A DNA stretch of 63,883 nt, filler included, from Dugesia japonica (taxonomy: Eukaryota): assembly GCA_001938525.1 (NCBI GenBank). It is 5 parts of 5 records of this genome, joined end to end, with 100 filler letters (N's around TTAATTAATTAA, not from the genome) between each part and the next. Parts side by side here need not be neighbours in the genome. Positions count along the whole stretch, not along the records: positions 11,615 to 24,958 come from MQRL01614674.1; positions 25,059 to 36,640 come from MQRL01444757.1; 3 more parts are not named here. The stretch is one strand, 5' to 3'. Positions 14,300 through 28,100 of the stretch are shown piece after piece; positions within the stretch are counted from its first letter, which is position 1; the number at the start of each line of letters is the position of its first letter. Position numbers and translations under genes: made by a program. The notes beneath the pieces are model-generated. The model saw nothing but the letters and a program-made list of their open reading frames with translations, made no database searches and had not been told where the DNA came from.

Positions 14300-17200
14300 C
14301 TTTGGTATATTGTCTACCTTCTCCAACTCTAGTTGTCCAGGAGGAAATAGCCTTTCTACCTGTCCATTCGTATTGTAATGATAAGGACTAGGGCAACATA
14401 GTTTAATATTCATCTCATCTGCAAATTTCTTCATTTTTTGTGATTCAAATACCTTTCCACAATCTGTATGAATATATCTCGGAGCTCCTACCTTTAATAT
14501 CCAGTAATCTTTCAATACAGGAGTTATTGACTCTTCATCTTGTTTTGATGTTGCTTTTAATGATATATATTTACTATTCTGGTCAATAATAGCCACGATA
14601 TATTTCTTTTTATGGAACGTTTCTGTCCATGGTCCTGCTATACCAATATATATTCGCTTAAACGGCCTCGCCGGCTCGGATTTCATACTTTCTTCTTTAG
14701 TTTTAGTTGTTACAACCTTCACTCGCTGACATGCTTTGCATCTTTCCACGATTTTTTTACACTTCCCCACAACCTAGTCATGTCATAATGTTCTCTAATA
14801 TATTTGGTAACTTTTTTTATTCCTGTGTGTTCTAGCAACTGATGCATTTCTCTGATCATATCCGATTTTCTAAAACATCTTTCCGTTTTGTGTTAATATC
14901 TGAGCGTATATCTATTGGAATCACTCTTCCTTACCATTTTGATCTGTTCTCGTATTATTCGTATCTCTTTGCCATTTCTATGTCTCCGTTATTGTATTCA
15001 AACGTCTCGTTTTTAATTTGCCTCCTATAAGATTTTCGTGTGACATCATGCATTGTTCACAAGTGCCACATGTCTGCCTTGAGAGAAAATCCGCATTGCC
15101 ATGTTTGTCAACTTTCCGATACAGTAAATCAATGTCTAATCCACTTAGGTAATTGATCCAATTTTGAAACTGTGCCGTTATAGGTTTCTTTGTAGTTAAC
15201 ATAAACGTAATCGCCTTATGATCTGTTCGTAGAGTGAATTTTCGCCCATATAAGTAGTGACTGAAATGGTTGGAAAAATAGAATATCACCAGCAACTCCC
15301 TTCTTGTTATACAATACCCCAATTCGTGATTATTCATTGCGTGTGGTTCATACGCTATCACCCTTTCTTGTTCATTGTTGTCAATTTTTATTGTAGTATG
15401 AATTCTCTCATTACATCTGGAAACACTAAAATTGGTGACTTTGTCAATGCTTCTTTCATATCTCTGAATGAATGTTCGCAGCTCTTTGTCCATATTAACT
15501 TATTATTATTTATACTGCACTGTTTTTCTAGTTCTCCAGCCTTCTTTGCGTAATCCTTTATGAATCTTCTGTAAAAGCAACAAACTTCCAAAAAACTTCT
15601 CAATCCTTTTACTCATTTAGGCCTTTTGTATGTCTATATTGCCACCAATTTTGCTGGGTCGGTCTGAACTCCTTTGTCACTTATGATGTGCACAAAAAAT
15701 TTGATCTCTTTTCTTAGCAATTGACATTTTGACGTGCTTAAACGTAGTCTTGCTTGATGTACTTTACTAAATAATTCATTTAGTGTTTTATAATGCTCTT
15801 CCAAGTTTTCTGAATATATTAGAATATCGTCTAAATACACCGTTGTTCCTTTTGTTGTACCTAAAACCTTTGTCATGAGTTACTGTAATGTCCCAGGCGC
15901 TGCAGCTATGCCAAACGGNATGCTATTGACACAGTAATGACCTGACTTTGTTGAAAAGGCTGTTTTATCTTTTGAATCCTCTTCTAGCTCTACTTAATAG
16001 TAAGCATTACCTAAATCTAATGAGCCGTAGAAATTTGACCGGCCTAACCTATTCAGAATCTCTTCTACATTTGGCATTGGAAATTCTTGTCTTTCCGTAA
16101 TAGCGTTCAGCTGTCGAAAATCCAGACAGAGACAAATATCTTTTTTTCTTTTTTCCAGATACATATTAACTGAGTGTTCTATGTTGAATTGCACTTTCGT
16201 ATAATTCCATTTTCAAAAAGATTACGTACACCTTCGTTTATCTTATTCTCAAGGTTCATAGTTGTCCTCTATGGCTTAACATTTATAGGTCCTCCTTTTT
16301 TACTATTTTATGCTTTACCAGTTTTGTGCATCCTTTGTGCCATTTGTCTGCCATAAAGATATTTGAATGTTTTCTTATCAACTCCATGATTGTGCCATTT
16401 TCCAATGTATTTATCTCATTTATAGCTTTTTGACATCTTTCTTCATCTGTAATAATCCTTCCAAAATGCGGCTCGATATTACAAATCCGATCTTGATTAT
16501 CTCTTTCTGCTGTATCTATCCAATGTAGTTCTAATCCAAAACTGGTCTGCAACTCAATGCCACTAATTATGCTAGGGATTACCTTTTTCACAACTATGAA
16601 ATTAATTCATCTAGTCGAATTCCCGATCCTCATTTCCACCTCAAATATTCCTTTGGTGCTTAATGAACTATCGTTAGCGCACCGTAGTCTGTCCTTGGTT
16701 GTTAATAACGAGACATCCTTGATTTTGGTTAACACATTCAAACCCATCACATTAATTCTTGCTCCAGTATCCAGTAGGTATTCAAACTCCATATTTTGGA
16801 TCTTTATCGCAATACTCGGTCTACATCTACCCTACATCATATCGTATCTAACCACACCTTTTCCCTAATCTTTCACTGTTGCGATTGTTGGTTCCACTGA
16901 TGTTTCTCCCTTGATTGCTGATATCTCTTTCTTTAAAAAAATAATAAACTCGTTCTTTGACATCATCTTCTATATTATTAGTATGACTAATTTTACTATA
17001 ACTATCGATATTTTAGGTATCACCCATTAGATTTTGAGTTCTTCAGCTCCTACCATCTTCCTTGTTGCGGAGCTGCTCCGTTTGGGTTTCTCCTTGATTC
17101 ATATACGTTTGCGTCATATCTGTCGTCCCCATATCCATTGTTACTTGTCTCATTATTTTCCACTGCATTGATGTTAACATGTCTACCCTGATATATGGGA

Positions 17201-18065
17201 GCTTTTTAACCTCATTTCTCTTATATTCCGAAGTATATTCGTTCCATCGCTTGTACTCTATCTTTTTGAAACAATCTTTGGTTTTGTGACCGTTTATGTT
17301 GCATTTACCGTACTTTATCTTGTTGTACTGTCCTATTATATGCCCTGCACTTCCATAGGCATAGCATGTGGGAGTCTATGTCTGGGCACTACCGACTTAT
17401 GTGTCCCAATTTGTGACAGATCCAACATTCTACGTTCTCTGTTCTAAACTCTCTTCTGTTATTTGACCATTTGAAGGTTGATTCCTACATCCTTGGTATC
17501 GTTCTTTTCGGTTCCGTGGATAATGACTCCTTGTAACTACGCATCTTGGTTATTACTACTGTCTTTATGGCGATTCTTGAAATGTCTCTGATAATTTTCT
17601 GTATTTATTCCAGTTCGGAAACCTTTTTCATCAGAATCTCTTTCTTTGCCTTCTTCTGTGCCGTTGCGTTTATGAGGAATGCTGATATTAACGACTCTTT
17701 TGAAATATTATGGCTAAGCAGTTTATCTGCCAGTTTTTCTACGTCGTGAAAGAATACCTCATTATTGGTATCACCCTGGTTGTAACGAATGAATTCTTCT
17801 AGGTCTTCAAAAACGTCTCTTGGTCTTTCCGCCAATAGTCGTAGCCTAGCTTCATACACCTTGACTTTGTTCTCTGATGCTTCATATCTGTCTTCAAGTT
17901 TCGGGTCAATCATCTCAGCGATTACAATTTCTTGTAAATCTTTGGGAATTTTGGCCGCTTTCAAGAATCGGCCGACGTTCGTCAAGAATCTGCCCAGATT
18001 GTCACCAAACTAGAAAGGTCTTGGGCGTAACAAATCTGTTACTAAGTTTGAGACTGAAGTTGCCA

Positions 18066-18281
18066 TATTAGCAATAAAAACGCTATCCTCATCACACATT
18101 TATTTAAGACAAAGTTGCTATCAAATTAAAAACTAATTAGAAAAGTTTTAATATTCAAACAAAAAGGCGCAATAATTATTTTAATTATTTTCTTGAAATA
18201 TTTTAAATTTCAAAGATTTTATAAATATTTTAATTGCGCATATAAATTTGAAATTAAAAAAATTCAAATATCATTCTCACA
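18066..18281 (-). repeat. 5' LTR of Gypsy element
   Basis: Direct repeat of 12162-12376; followed on the minus strand by TGGCAACTTCAG (PBS-like). Confidence 0.9.
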
Positions 18282-18799
18282 CAGAGTATAAATTTATAGA
18301 TTTTAGAGACAAGAAACATCCGATCATAAAATGGTACTGTAAATATAACACCCCTGCTAAATCATAAACGCAGTAATAGAAATAATTAAGTACAGTAAAA
18401 TGATATTGGAACTAAGATAGACATTTAACTTTCATTGTAAACTATTATTGAGATTCTTGAAGAATTAATATAACTAAACTTCCAAAGAGTTGTTTAAATT
18501 TCCTTGTTGAGCTGCTCCTAAAATGAGCTAAAAGCAAGGAATTAACATGAATAAAATAAAAATAGGAAAATAAAGAATACTCAGCAATCGAAAATTTTGA
18601 GCCCCCCGACTGAAAAATTAAGAGTCATCCAATGTAACGGCTACTAAAGTAAAGACTAAAGAAGAAACTTATGCAGACGAAACATGTGATTATTCATGCA
18701 AAAAGTAATACAAACGAAATACTATATCCAAATAAGATGTATGTTTCTGGTCATAGGTTACGAAATATGTAGTCTATAGACTAGGTTTAGCAGTATTAA

Positions 18800-19480
18800 A
18801 TTCACACAATAAGATTGATAGTGCATAACAAAAAGTTGACTGCAAGAGAGTGACGAACCTTCAATGTTGGAAGTGGAATGTGATAGCGGACATTGCTATT
18901 GAGTTTAAATTTAATCAGACGTATCGGAAAGTTACTATTAAGGATTTGAAAAACTTTAAAAAAAATTTTAAACTGTATATTGACGACATTATACAACATT
19001 TTAAAACAAATTTGATAGCATTTGATAGAGAATTAAAATGACTATAATATTGCGTATTAATGTTATACTGGAAAATGTATTGTTTTCAAGATAATCAGAA
19101 AACAATGAAATTTTAAAAAAATTTTAAAATGTTTTGCTGACATTCCATATCTAAACTTACCATATTTTTATATCATAAGAATACTGACGAGATGCCAAAT
19201 AAATATATCTTAAAAAAGCTCTTTGCTGAATACATAGCCAGATAATCATTATTGGTAATTTCTTTGTTTCGTTCTACTTGATTGCATATCTATTGCTTTT
19301 TCACTGTTTAACTGGAATTTTCTGTATAATACTTGCATTTATGTTGCATATATATTGCAATTGAAATATTTCTTTGATTTCTATATCATTTTTAAAATAT
19401 TTATGACTTCTATTAAATTTTTAAAATTTTTTGGGAACTTGCCTGATGGTCACGGTTATTCTGTCGAAATTAATCAATAA
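18800..19480 (+). mobile_element. Highly decayed Penelope-like retroelement remnant
   Basis: LYIDDII RT-like motif in ORF 18850-19041; hammerhead-like CTGATGG-stem-GAAA at 19443-19475. Confidence 0.35.
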
Positions 19481-20146
19481 ATATTTTATTAAATTAATAT
19501 TTTATTTAAAATTGAATTTTTCACAGTTTAGCAAATATAAATACAATTAAATGTGCTATAAAACGTTATTATTTCTGTTCTTGTAATCCATTTATTTTAA
19601 TATTATTATGAACACGATAACTATGAACACAATTGAAGCGAATTGGTAAAGCCAACACATTCGTTAGTAATACATCTAGTAACTATAGTGATAATCAATA
19701 ATTTCTATTAACTTTTTTCTATTGTTTCACTTCAATAGGAAAAAATTAACAAATGTTTGCATTCATATGTTTATAATAAATTTCTTATGTACAGTTCTTA
19801 TTTTCAATTATTTATTTAAATTTGTATTTCATTTTATCGATTAACTTCATTCGGAAATATTCTGATATAATCAAGTTTAAAAAAAAAGTTAAATAATATT
19901 CAAAGATTTTCAATAAAAATTGCAAATTTTACTAACAAGCTAACTTTTTTCATCCACACGCATACATACACTGACACAACTACTCGGCAATGTATGAAGG
20001 ATAATAAAAAATGTAATTGAAAATAAAGTTGGCGTGTCAAATTCATTATTTACTTTACATTCATTCTGTGAAATTATCACAAAATAATTTCAATTGTTAT
20101 TTTTCAGTTGTTAAACCAGAAGTGATTGTAAAAGCTTTACAGTTTA

Positions 20147-20965
20147 ATGTATACAAAGTTTTTAGAGAAAAGGTACTAACAAGATAAATTCATAAATGAT
20201 TAATAAATTTTCAATTTAGTATTCATCCCTTAAAAGTAAGATTTTGACTTTTATCTTGCCAACTGTATAGTTGATATTGTAGTTAACATATTTTGATGGT
20301 CGTGGACGAGGAGAATTAATTAGATTGATTTTTCATTCTCAAAATAAAAAATTTGAAGATGAAAGGTTAAGTTTTCAGCAATGGGGAACTAGAAAACCTT
20401 CAATGAAATATGGTCAACTTCCAGTTTTGACATTAGAAAATGGAATTGAATTAAATGAGAGCATGGCAATTGCGAAATACTTAGCTAGAAAAACTAAACT
20501 TTGTGGAAATGATGACATGGAAATCTATATGGTTGATCGAGCTTTGGACACAGTTTAATAATTTTTGTTATTTAATAAGCAGTGTTCTGAATAACCGTTT
20601 TAGATAGGAGATTTATTTCTTAAAGCCGTAGGTATTTCTTTCGAAAATGATGAAAATAAAAAGGAACAATTACTTAAAGATTTAAAAGAAAAGCATATTC
20701 CTCAGTATTTCGGAGTATTAGCTTTTCCACTTAGAATATTTTATTATAAATTTAGAATCTCATAAAATATATTGAAGAAGGTAAAGGAGAATTTCTAGCT
20801 GGATCAAATATAACACTCGCTGATATTCAGTTATGTAACATACTGGACAACTTTCCTGAAGCTAGACCACATTATCCAAAATTAGACAATATTTATAAAA
20901 AAGTGATGACATCTTATCCAGGAATGAAAAAATATATTGAAACACGACCGCAGACACCATTTTGA
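20147..20965 (+). CDS. Glutathione S-transferase, sigma class (5 exons: 20147-20172, 20220-20235, 20283-20552, 20604-20714, 20756-20965)
   Basis: Spliced read MYTKFLEKSIHPLK-LTYFDGRGRGELIRLIF...GQLPVL...ESMAIAKYLAR...FLAGSNITLADI...RPQTPF*; all introns GT-AG, 41-51 nt, frame preserved; exons 1-2 are less certain than exons 3-5. Confidence 0.93.
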
Positions 20966-23900
20966 AACCTTTTACATTAACGTATTCAGAAAAATCATTT
21001 GTAGTTTATTTAGAAAATTGTTAATTATATTTTTTTTGTTCGTTTTAATGTTTACAATAACAAGATTTTTGATGAAATTATTAATTCAAGTAATTACATA
21101 ACTCGAATGAAATTAATAGAAAATCCTTTAGATTTTGATGTTTTCACTGTTACTACTTCTGCAAATACTATATTTAGCAAAAAATACTGTGCTCGTGATA
21201 GTTTGTTAGAAAGTAGCACTGGAAAATATTAATTAAATGTCTAAATTTTGGGAAGATTTTCGTTAACTATAACTCCATTTGAAGTGTATGAAAGTATTCT
21301 TTTGATATCGATTTTATCAGAAAATGTAAAATAACGACTTAGACTGTTTACCCACTATAACTTTTTTATATTTTTGAAATTGAAATTATTTTTTTTAAAG
21401 TTTGTGCACCCAAATAAATTACTCCTTTTGATTCAATGAAAATAGAAAATTATAATGAATTATAATGACTTCAGCAATTTAATAAAAAATTGAAGCTCAC
21501 GCCCTGAATTTAAACCTCCCTTTAGTAAGCAGATATAAGCACATGACCTCACCTATTTGATTGGCCAACTACTGGTCAAAACCCGCCTAGCTAAAGGTTT
21601 TTGAAAAATATTTACAAATTCATAAGTGTTGGGGTGAAACACCTGAAAATAGAAAATATACCAGCGATAGGTAAACTCGAAATTCAAAAGAATGTCACAA
21701 GAAGGAAAACGAAGAATTCAGACAAAAGAAGGAGTCAGACCAGTTAGGAATAATTAAAGAACAAACCGAAATTAAGGAACTGAATATGGAGGATGATCCG
21801 TAACCTATTAAGTCGCAAAAAGAGAAAAGAAATGTTGGAAGACACAAACAGACTGAGAGCACAAAGAAAGAACAATTAATAACTGAAGAAAGTAATTCAT
21901 TAACTGAAAGAAAGAAAATCGAAGGAAATGAATAATCAACGTACAGAAAATAAATTAAATGAATTGATTAGTAGAGGAAAACAGCGAAATTAAATTAAAT
22001 TTAGATCAGAAGAACAAAGAAATGAACATATAATTAAATTTTATGAAGAAAANNNNNNNNNNNNNNNNNNNNNNNNNNNNNNNNNNNNNNNNNNNNNNNN
22101 NNNNNNNNNNTTTTGAAGCAGAAAATAAATTATTTGTCAAAAATAAGAAAAATGAAGGTTTTCGCTTGAGTTAAAATTGACAGATAAGAAAATTATGGAC
22201 AAGAAAAAATCAGGGAATTCAAAAATACAAGTTAGAAAATCGTAACAAGATCCAGAAAGAAGTTATAAGGGTTTGAAGAATGACCAATACTTGTGGAATC
22301 CCAAAATAACCACCAATAAAAATTACTCATGTGACGATCAGGCCAATGAGAACGTTAGAAAAATCATACGACTCCAGTTGACTAATAGAAAGAACGAGGG
22401 TGTATCTGAAACCCGGTCAAATTTAACTAAAAAACAATCTTAATCAATCTTCGTTATTGGAAATTTACTGAAGTTGAGAATCTTAACGGTAATGCTTTAT
22501 CCATTTGAAGTTTGGAAGCAACGATTTCCGATTTGAACCGAATATGGAAAATTATGGTGGACCCCTTGAATCATAAAATATCCACCGAGAAAATGACAAT
22601 TCAAATATTGTGCTTGCTCCGGATCGGGATCCAGACTACGTTAGTTTTATTGATTGTCCTAATTATTAAATTGATGTAAATAAGTGAAAGTTTTGGTAAT
22701 TGAATATATTTTTCACTTGTTAAATTCTTTTGTTCTTTATAACTGTAAAAAAAGGTTATTGATTTTTAAACTAAAAGTAGTAATTAAACGACCTCAGTTA
22801 AATATGCATAGCCACGTATTAGACAAAATTATAGTAAATTAGGATTCAACTAACTGATAGATTAAGTCTAATAAATGATTCATAAACTGAAATTTAATAC
22901 GTTAATGATTGACAGTAATAAGTGTGTCTCTAAAATTGAGCGAGAATCATAAAATATGAACCCGAACTAAAGGAATGCGAGCACGCATTCGAACTACGGA
23001 TTGCGAGTCAACGGCTCCACTCTGAAGATCTGGATTTTTGGGGACACTAGGACACCAGATTAAATTCTTCGCAGGGTTTTATTAGGCTGACCATCCTAGA
23101 CTTAATCTTAAAAAATCAGCCCACCTAGATAAAACCCCAACAAATGTAACTATAGTCTAAAAGGTTTCTAANGGTTATAGTTANGAGTTATCACCTTTTT
23201 GTTAAAAAGAGTAAGGTGTTGCCATTTTTTGTGGGATTTGGATGAAAGATGGTTTGTATGAACGAGGTTGAGTAGAGGTATGTGATGGTGTTGTGTTTGT
23301 ACATTTTTAAGTCAAGTATTTATTGAAAACCGACAAAAGTGACACTTAATGTGTGTTTTTTTAAAGATTTTTGGGTTTCGAGGATGGATTTGACTTGATT
23401 CACAAAATCGATCTATTGGTTGCCAAAATTAACTATGGGCTAAAATAGTTTTGTGATGCATGCATGCAGCTTTTGTGTTCAAAAATGAGTTTCAAGTATA
23501 TTTTTAAGGTTTTGTGAGACATTAATTAATTTTTTTTTCATAAGTAAATATTTTAAATCAATAAATTATTAATAATTGTTAATTATTTTCATGCATTGTT
23601 TAAGTAACAGTCTTGTTTTCTTTCCATACCATTACATTACCTCTTCCGACATGTACAGTCGAAAGTAGCGAATCCATCAAGGTCTTTAGCATCCAATTCG
23701 AATCCATTCATAATTGAACTTATCGGTTAGCTTGCGTAGTCTTAACTAGACTAAGCTCGATTACAGTATGTGAATCTCTGGTAGCAATGCTTTCGACCGT
23801 TTACATCCGGTCATAAATGGAACACTGCTACAACTGTTTAAAAATATTCAGTCATAATCTTCAATAATTAACTAGACTTAATTCCGCAAAATGGTCAGGA

Positions 23901-25135
23901 ATTCCAACATAACTGTTACTTATTCAATACATATCATATTTTATATTATTTAGNNNNNNNNNNNNNNNNNNNNNNNNNNNNNNNNNNNNNNNNNNNNNNN
24001 NNNAAGGTCTTTAGCATCCAATTCGAATCCATTCATAATTGAACTTATCGGTTAGCTTGCGTAGTCTTAACTAGACTAAGCTCGATTACAGTATGTGAAT
24101 CTCTGGTAGCAATGCTTTCGACCGTTTACATCCGGTCATAAATGGAACACTGCTACAACTGTTTAAAAATATTCAGTCATAATCTTCAATAATTAACTAG
24201 ACTNAATTCCGCAAAATGGTCAGGAATTCCAACATAACTGTTACTTATTCAATACATATCATATTTTATATTATTTAGCACATATTAGACATCTTTGTGA
24301 CATATTTGACCATATTAATGGAACCTTTAAATAACATAGACCATAGAATTATGGAACCTTTTAATATATTTACTTAAATTTCAATTCATAATAAATTAAA
24401 TTATNNNNNNNNNNNNNNNNNNNNNNNNNNNAAGTCTAATTAAAATTTAACTTTAAAAAAAAATTTATATAAAAAATATACTCACCATTTTTAATTTCAA
24501 ATATATTTATAGTATAACTATAAATTTCATTACTATAGATTTATTTGAAATTAAAAATTTAATTTATATTAATATAATTACAATGATGATAATATCAATA
24601 TATTTATTGATATAGCTTATTATATATGTAGCTTTTCATTATAATTGTAATTATGGAAATATGAAATTAATATAGTAGAAATTTTTAAAAATTAATTTAT
24701 TATTTACATGATGTCATATTTACTTAGTTACACTGTATTATTTACAAATTTACACTACGTGGGAGGGATTTTTTAGATTATTGTTACATATTAGTGGTTA
24801 GATCAGTTTAAAAAATTCCCAGACACGCGATTTTTGTGTGAATGAGTGTTGCAGCTGTGTTGCACGCCTATTGCAGTTATATTTATTAATTACTTATAAC
24901 AAATAACCAAAGTATTTGTATATTGTTATTATAGAATATAAAGAAATATAATCAGATANNNNNNNNNNNNNNNNNNNNNNNNNNNNNNNNNNNNNNNNNN
25001 NNTTAATTAATTAANNNNNNNNNNNNNNNNNNNNNNNNNNNNNNNNNNNNNNNNNNNNTTAACAAGATCCTATACATGATACTTTTATGATTAATTTACA
25101 ATGTTATTATTGGTATGAACAAACTAAATTAACTT

Positions 25136-28100
25136 ACTGGATAACTTATTTGAGAAGGATAAGTCGGATTTAACCTCGAGCTCTCTATTTGAGATCTGTT
25201 ATGACACGTTGCAGAAGACATACTGTGAATAGAATTGGGCATTGCACTAGATGAAGACGGTCCCAGAGACTTATTAATATAGCTAATTGAATCGGATAAG
25301 TTATTATTTCCTGTTTGAAGAACATTTCTATTTAGAGGCAATAAGTTTGATGGTAATTGTGAATTTATTGGTCTTTGTTGATTAAATGGACTGGGAGCTT
25401 GATTAATATAATTATTTCCATGGGGCAATGTGGAATGATATTGAGAGTGATTTCCAGGTCCAATCTGAGACGTATTGGGGAGATTTGGTCGACTTGTTGA
25501 CTGAACATTTGGAGGAGGAGGTGGCGGTGGTGGCATTCCACCATAATTTGATTTCCAATCCATTCTCCGAGAATGTTCTTGTATACTTCCAACTAAATGA
25601 ATTATATTGATTTTATTATTGATGAAATAAATATAAATTAAACCAAATTGATAAATGTAATTTTCTATTTTTATACAAAACAGACATGCAGAATAAAAAA
25701 CAAACAGGTGGTAACATTAACATAACGACATTCAAAAGTGCGATTGATGCTCTACTAAACTTACTAGAATAATACGGTGAAGTGGAATGTGAGCTGACAC
25801 TATTTGTCACATGATGGGCATTATTCATATTAGAAGAATGAGAGACAGCACCACTGGGAGGATAAATATAATTAGGATTTGGTGGATAATATGATGAAAA
25901 TGAAAGTGAACTAGGAGCAGCTTGGCGAAATGTTGAACTATATTGTCTAGAGTAAGTGAAGCATGGGTACTGCATTGGTGGATAAAACTGACTAGTATTA
26001 GTTGCCAGATTTTTATAATCACATGAAATTTCTTGCCCAGAATATTCTATATAAGGATTATTGTAGTAGGTTGCGGAGTCAGATTTAGAAACCATTTCGA
26101 CTTTATCAATATCTTTATCTGTGAAATTTTCCAAATGTTTATTATTGCTTTCAGAATTTGTATAGCGTGCCACATTAGGTTCCAATTTGGAAACATCTTT
26201 TGAATTGATGTCAAAATTATCACCAACTATTTAATTTAGAAATGTTTACATTTAATTTCAGTAACTAATTAAAAATAAACTTAAGTAATTATAAAACTCA
26301 CCTGGTTGTGATTGCTGAGATATATTAGAGATGCTATTTGTCGGAGTACCTGGAGACATTGGCATTTGCATGGGATGTGTTGAGTTAGAACTAGAACTAG
26401 AACCAGGACTGGACCACTGCTGTTGATTCAGAACCATTGATTTATTCCAATTTGGTGGGATATTAGCATCATACCTTGCATGAGGATGCATTGGATTAAC
26501 TGGGGAATTAAAACCCATCATTCTGGGACCAGTATATGGTCCGGGATACGGATTATGGCCTCTTTGAGAAGGATAGTGTATAGGACTTCTATGCATCATA
26601 GAACCATTGTGAATAACATTGTTATAAGGATTATGACCATGAAATGGATGTGGAGTATTAAAATCAGGATGTGGAATAGTTGGTCGAGGAGTTGAGGAAG
26701 TACTTCCATATTCAGAATTATGCTGGGAAGTTTGACCAGATGATATTGTGGAAGAAGGTGATGATCCTGCATTTCTAGAAGTACTTTTCTTCTTTTTATC
26801 TGACAAACTTTGAATTTCTTGCAGAATAGGTCCAGGATCCGCACTATTACGATCAAATTTGCATTCATAATCCAAAAGACACTTAATATAATTTCTTCTT
26901 AAAGTATACGCCCCGGAAGCTGAAGCATTTACATTTACTATCAAACAAATTTCTTTCCATCTTTTTGTTTTTACCACATTTAATAATCCTCCACGTTCAC
27001 GAACTGCGTGATATAAACGAAAAAGATCTAAGGGTTGTTTCACAACTGTTGGTACAGCACTTAACGGAGTATTATTTTCCTGCATAAATCGTAAATATCT
27101 TTCAATCCACGGCCCTCTTTCTGGTTCATTACCAAGTTCCATTAATTTTTGATAGCAACTATTATTAGTTTGAGATTCATTATGGTGATATTGGCGATTA
27201 GGTATCATGTTTGGATTAGGAGTAAAGGGTCTTTGTTGTGGAGGCAGATGACTGGGGAATGAACTTATCATAGTTTGTGGAACTTGGCTATTTGGATACG
27301 GTTGAGGATAAATCATTGAATGATTTTGTGACATTGGAGGTGTTATTTGATGTTGACTAAATTGAGACTGATTTGAAATAGATGGATGGTGAAGTAAATT
27401 GGTCTCATTGGGACCTAGACTGCTGACACTATCTTCATTTTCATCAACCATTGAACTCATACTTGTCTGTGAAGGTGAAGGAACGGTATTGCTTACAGGT
27501 GTTGCAGGATGACTTTCGTTCTGGAATAAAAAGTTTTTAGTTTGGAGATAAGTTTACTAAAAATATATTAATTAATGATTAAGCATTTCAATTCCAATAG
27601 AATTTTATTATTAATTTAATAATTATATTTGAAATGAAAACATTTTGATCAGATTTTAGACAGTCATACTAACTTTTTCTTTATTTGATATATATATATA
27701 TCAACCATTCTTTTTTAGTTACATTTTATCTGCTATTAAAAAATGTTTCCTCATTCAAAGTGAATAATTTTATATGATGGTGTTAAAAATTAAAATTAAT
27801 TATATTTTAAATAATTTTCATTTAAGCATTGATTCTAGTTTTTAAAAAAAATAAGAACGTAGATAAAAAATGGTCCTTAAATTTTTTATAACAATCTTCG
27901 TCAGAATAGACTTTATTGTCCATATTTTGAAAAAATAACTATAAAGGAAAAAATTTAAAGAATATTTTGATCTACCCTTTAATGTTATTTAATTTCATGA
28001 CAGCAAATTAATCATGTTTATTGTTTCTTAATCAGAATCGCATAGTTAATGTGAATTTTGTTATCTAAATCTAAACTAAAATGAATGAAATTAAGGAAAT

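Larger units (their letters stand above)
12162..18281 (-). mobile_element. Full-length but decayed Ty3/Gypsy LTR retrotransposon (gag-PR-RT-RH-IN)
   Basis: Near-identical ~215-bp LTRs at 12162-12376 and 18066-18281; 5-bp TSD CAGAG (12157-12161, 18282-18286); PBS starting TGG next to the 5' LTR; PPT AAGAAGGGGGA; fragments LLDTGA (PR), LDLGNAYY and VYLDDI (RT), RTDHKA (RH), SPYHYNTNGQVER (IN), with many stops and frameshifts. Confidence 0.95.

Noticed and set aside
14198-14391. ORFs with SPRT / GGxC repeats
   Set aside because: Translation of the MULE TIR repeats fused to the interrupted integrase
22970-23020. tRNA-like sequence on the minus strand (GTTCGAAT B-box-like)
   Set aside because: No complete cloverleaf or acceptor stem; at most a SINE relic
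23679-24278. ~275-bp direct duplication (23679-23953, 24004-24278)
   Set aside because: Essentially identical copies on either side of an N gap: an unmerged contig overlap, not biology
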